Origin: Fidelibacterota bacterium
Lineage (GTDB): Bacteria; Fidelibacterota; Marinisomatia; Marinisomatales; S15-B10
Assembly: GCA_046861655.1 (NCBI GenBank)
Contig: JBHIAI010000037.1
Span: 1 to 14,976, forward strand
DNA: 14,976 nucleotides
Direction of reading: 5' to 3'
Every line of letters starts with the position of its first letter. Positions within the stretch are counted from its first letter, which is position 1. Of the stretch, positions 13,093 to 14,976 are shown piece after piece. The notes under the pieces were generated by a model. That model worked only from the letters and a program-made list of their open reading frames with translations, was not told the DNA's origin and ran no database searches. The translations under genes and the position numbers were made by a program.

Positions 13093-14976
13093 CTATTTCG
13101 TGGTCAGGGTCCAGACGCCGTCCCAGTCTTCACCCGGGGGGTTCTCCTTAAGGAAACCGCATCGTTCGATATACACTCGGCTGGGATTGGTGGGCCGGGT
13201 GGGAAACATATCCTCCAGTTTCTCCGTTTCCTTGAAAACCCTCAGAGCCTCGTCCCACTTCTGGGCTTCGTAGAGTTGCATAGCCTCGTGAAACCGGGGA
13301 ACCACTTTTTCGTGTTTTTCATCGAGTTCCCCCTTTTCTGCCAGGAGCTCATACACCTTGACCGGACGCTTTTTCCCCTTGACCCTGACGTTGTCCAGGA
13401 ATCTCCACTCGAACTTGTCCTCAACAGACTTGTAGGTGTTTTCCGCCACCTGGATGTATACACCGTACTGCTTTGCCGAGGCTTCCAGACGGGCGGCAAT
13501 GTTCACGGTATCCCCCATCATGGTATAATTCATCCTCATGTTCGACCCCATGTTACCGGTTACCATGTCTCCAGAATTTAATCCAATACGGTGACGCATG
13601 TGGTGGACAATCTCCGGCCATTCACTGTCGTTGGACCACTCAGTGCGAAGGGATCTAAGCCTTTTCTCCATTTCCAGGGCGGTAATGCAGGCCTGATACT
13701 CGTGATCATCCACCGGCATGGGAGCCCCGTAAAAGGCGACTATGGCGTCGCCGATGTATTTATCAAGGGTTCCCCTGTGGCTCAAGAGGATTTCCGTCAT
13801 CTCAGTCAGGTACTCGTTCATCAGAGAGACCATTTTCTCAGGCTCCAGGACTTCAGAGAAGGAGGAAAAATTCTGAATGTCGGAGAAAAACGCGGTGTGA
13901 TACCCGGCGTCCCCGCCCAGTTTTGGCTCTTGCTTGTTTTCGTACATCCGGTCAATCAATTCCGGAGACACATAGGTTCCGAACGTGCTCTTCAGAAATC
14001 GTTTGTCCTTCTGTTCCATGATAAACCGGTACAGTACATTGCTCCCGTAGGTCAGGAAAATCACAAAAACCGGCGGTGTCAGCGGTACGATCATGGATTC
14101 TCCCGCCCCGGGGGTATTGATAAACACCCATTCGCCTATCTTCTCGAGCCAGGCGCCGGGCAACAGAACCTGGATGATCCCCTTCAAAAGCCACAGGGAA
14201 TCGGCGGTGAACACCCCGATTCCGATGCTCAAGAATACGAGCACCTCCACTACGACGCTCAGGCCAGCGAACAGGGGATTCATGAAGGCCAGGAGCAAAA
14301 AGGACAGTAGGCTCAATCCGCCGATCAACAACACGTGGGACTTCCACGACTTGAAAGACCAGCCGATCTCGCTCCCGAAGACCGATACGAAATTCCTGTC
14401 GAGGACCGTCTGTATTGCGTTGGCGTGGACTTCCATCCCGGGCATGAGCTGCTGCTTTCCCCTGTAGCTGAAGTACGGGGTATACTTGGTATCATGAAGA
14501 ACCTCCACCGATACGCCTAGCATGACGATCTTGTCCTTGAACGGACTTTCCCCAAGGAGGCCGTAGAAGGGACCGTCCATCATGAAGTATTCCATCCAGT
14601 CGGCGTCCTCATCCGGATTCTTCAGATCCACGTCCATCACGTCCACAACACTGGAGAGGGGATACCGATTAAAAGTCTTGTAGGGGTCCACGTTCCCCAC
14701 CCGGGAGGCAGATGGAGGTCCGTAGAAATTGATGAGAAACTTGTTTTCTGCGCCGTAGGTGGGAATCGTAACAGGTCCCCAGGTGATTCTCCCCTCGTAC
14801 ATGTTTCCCGAAAGAGGGGCATCATCCGGAAATCCGAGAAACTTCTGAACCGCTCTCATCCCCAGGGTCCAGTACCACTGGTCCGGTTCGTGTCTCATGC
14901 TGTTGAAAACAAAATACTTCCGCGTGTAACCGTCACTGTCCTGGGGCTCGTCCACCAGTCCTGTGGAGGGCGAGCC
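13093..14976 (-). CDS. CHASE2-domain, membrane-anchored class III adenylate/guanylate cyclase (5' partial, at least 627 aa)
   Basis: The frame is open to the right edge, so the ORF-track GTG at 14955 is probably internal. CHASE2 end motifs FKDKIVMLG..LHDTKYTP..MPGMEVHANAIQTVL; hydrophobic helices; FGTYVSPELI; catalytic motifs FFSDIQNFSSFSE, LDKYIGDAIVAFYG, RIGLNSG, YTMMGDTVNIAARLE and VKGK; C-terminal TPR-like tail ending WDGVWTLTTK. Confidence 0.93.
   Translation of the reverse strand, partial: GSPSTGLVDEPQDSDGYTRKYFVFNSMRHEPDQWYWTLGMRAVQKFLGFPDDAPLSGNMYEGRITWGPVTIPTYGAENKFLINFYGPPSASRVGNVDPYKTFNRYPLSSVVDVMDVDLKNPDEDADWMEYFMMDGPFYGLLGESPFKDKIVMLGVSVEVLHDTKYTPYFSYRGKQQLMPGMEVHANAIQTVLDRNFVSVFGSEIGWSFKSWKSHVLLIGGLSLLSFLLLAFMNPLFAGLSVVVEVLVFLSIGIGVFTADSLWLLKGIIQVLLPGAWLEKIGEWVFINTPGAGESMIVPLTPPVFVIFLTYGSNVLYRFIMEQKDKRFLKSTFGTYVSPELIDRMYENKQEPKLGGDAGYHTAFFSDIQNFSSFSEVLEPEKMVSLMNEYLTEMTEILLSHRGTLDKYIGDAIVAFYGAPMPVDDHEYQACITALEMEKRLRSLRTEWSNDSEWPEIVHHMRHRIGLNSGDMVTGNMGSNMRMNYTMMGDTVNIAARLEASAKQYGVYIQVAENTYKSVEDKFEWRFLDNVRVKGKKRPVKVYELLAEKGELDEKHEKVVPRFHEAMQLYEAQKWDEALRVFKETEKLEDMFPTRPTNPSRVYIERCGFLKENPPGEDWDGVWTLTTK

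Noticed and set aside
1..14976. CRISPR arrays, tRNA/rRNA genes, IS elements, prophage genes, long repeats
   Set aside because: None seen by eye. Nearly all bases are protein-coding and no spacer exceeds about 100 nt.

Overview
Densely packed, moderately GC-rich bacterial chromosomal segment in which every credible gene lies on the minus strand, probably as one long operon or a few overlapping ones. In transcription order (right to left): CHASE2-domain class III adenylate cyclase (5' end outside the window), PorX-like response regulator (REC + PglZ/alkaline-phosphatase domain), tsaE, tsaB, accD, surE, guaA, glmS, secreted TPR + periplasmic-binding (LppC/LpoA-like) protein, pgeF/yfiH, uppP, PutP-like Na+/solute symporter, holA (3' end outside the window; missing from the ORF track). 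The porX-tsaE link and gene content suggest an FCB-group bacterium, possibly Marinimicrobia-like (inference only). No RNA genes, mobile elements, CRISPR arrays or long repeats were seen. This is mostly core housekeeping DNA and I cannot demonstrate a new system. The best leads are (1) a sensor adenylate cyclase placed directly before an intact-looking PorX/PglZ phosphodiesterase with no histidine kinase in view, (2) an unannotated 32-aa ORF that exactly bridges tsaB and accD, and (3) very tight translational coupling, including a likely CTG start for pgeF.
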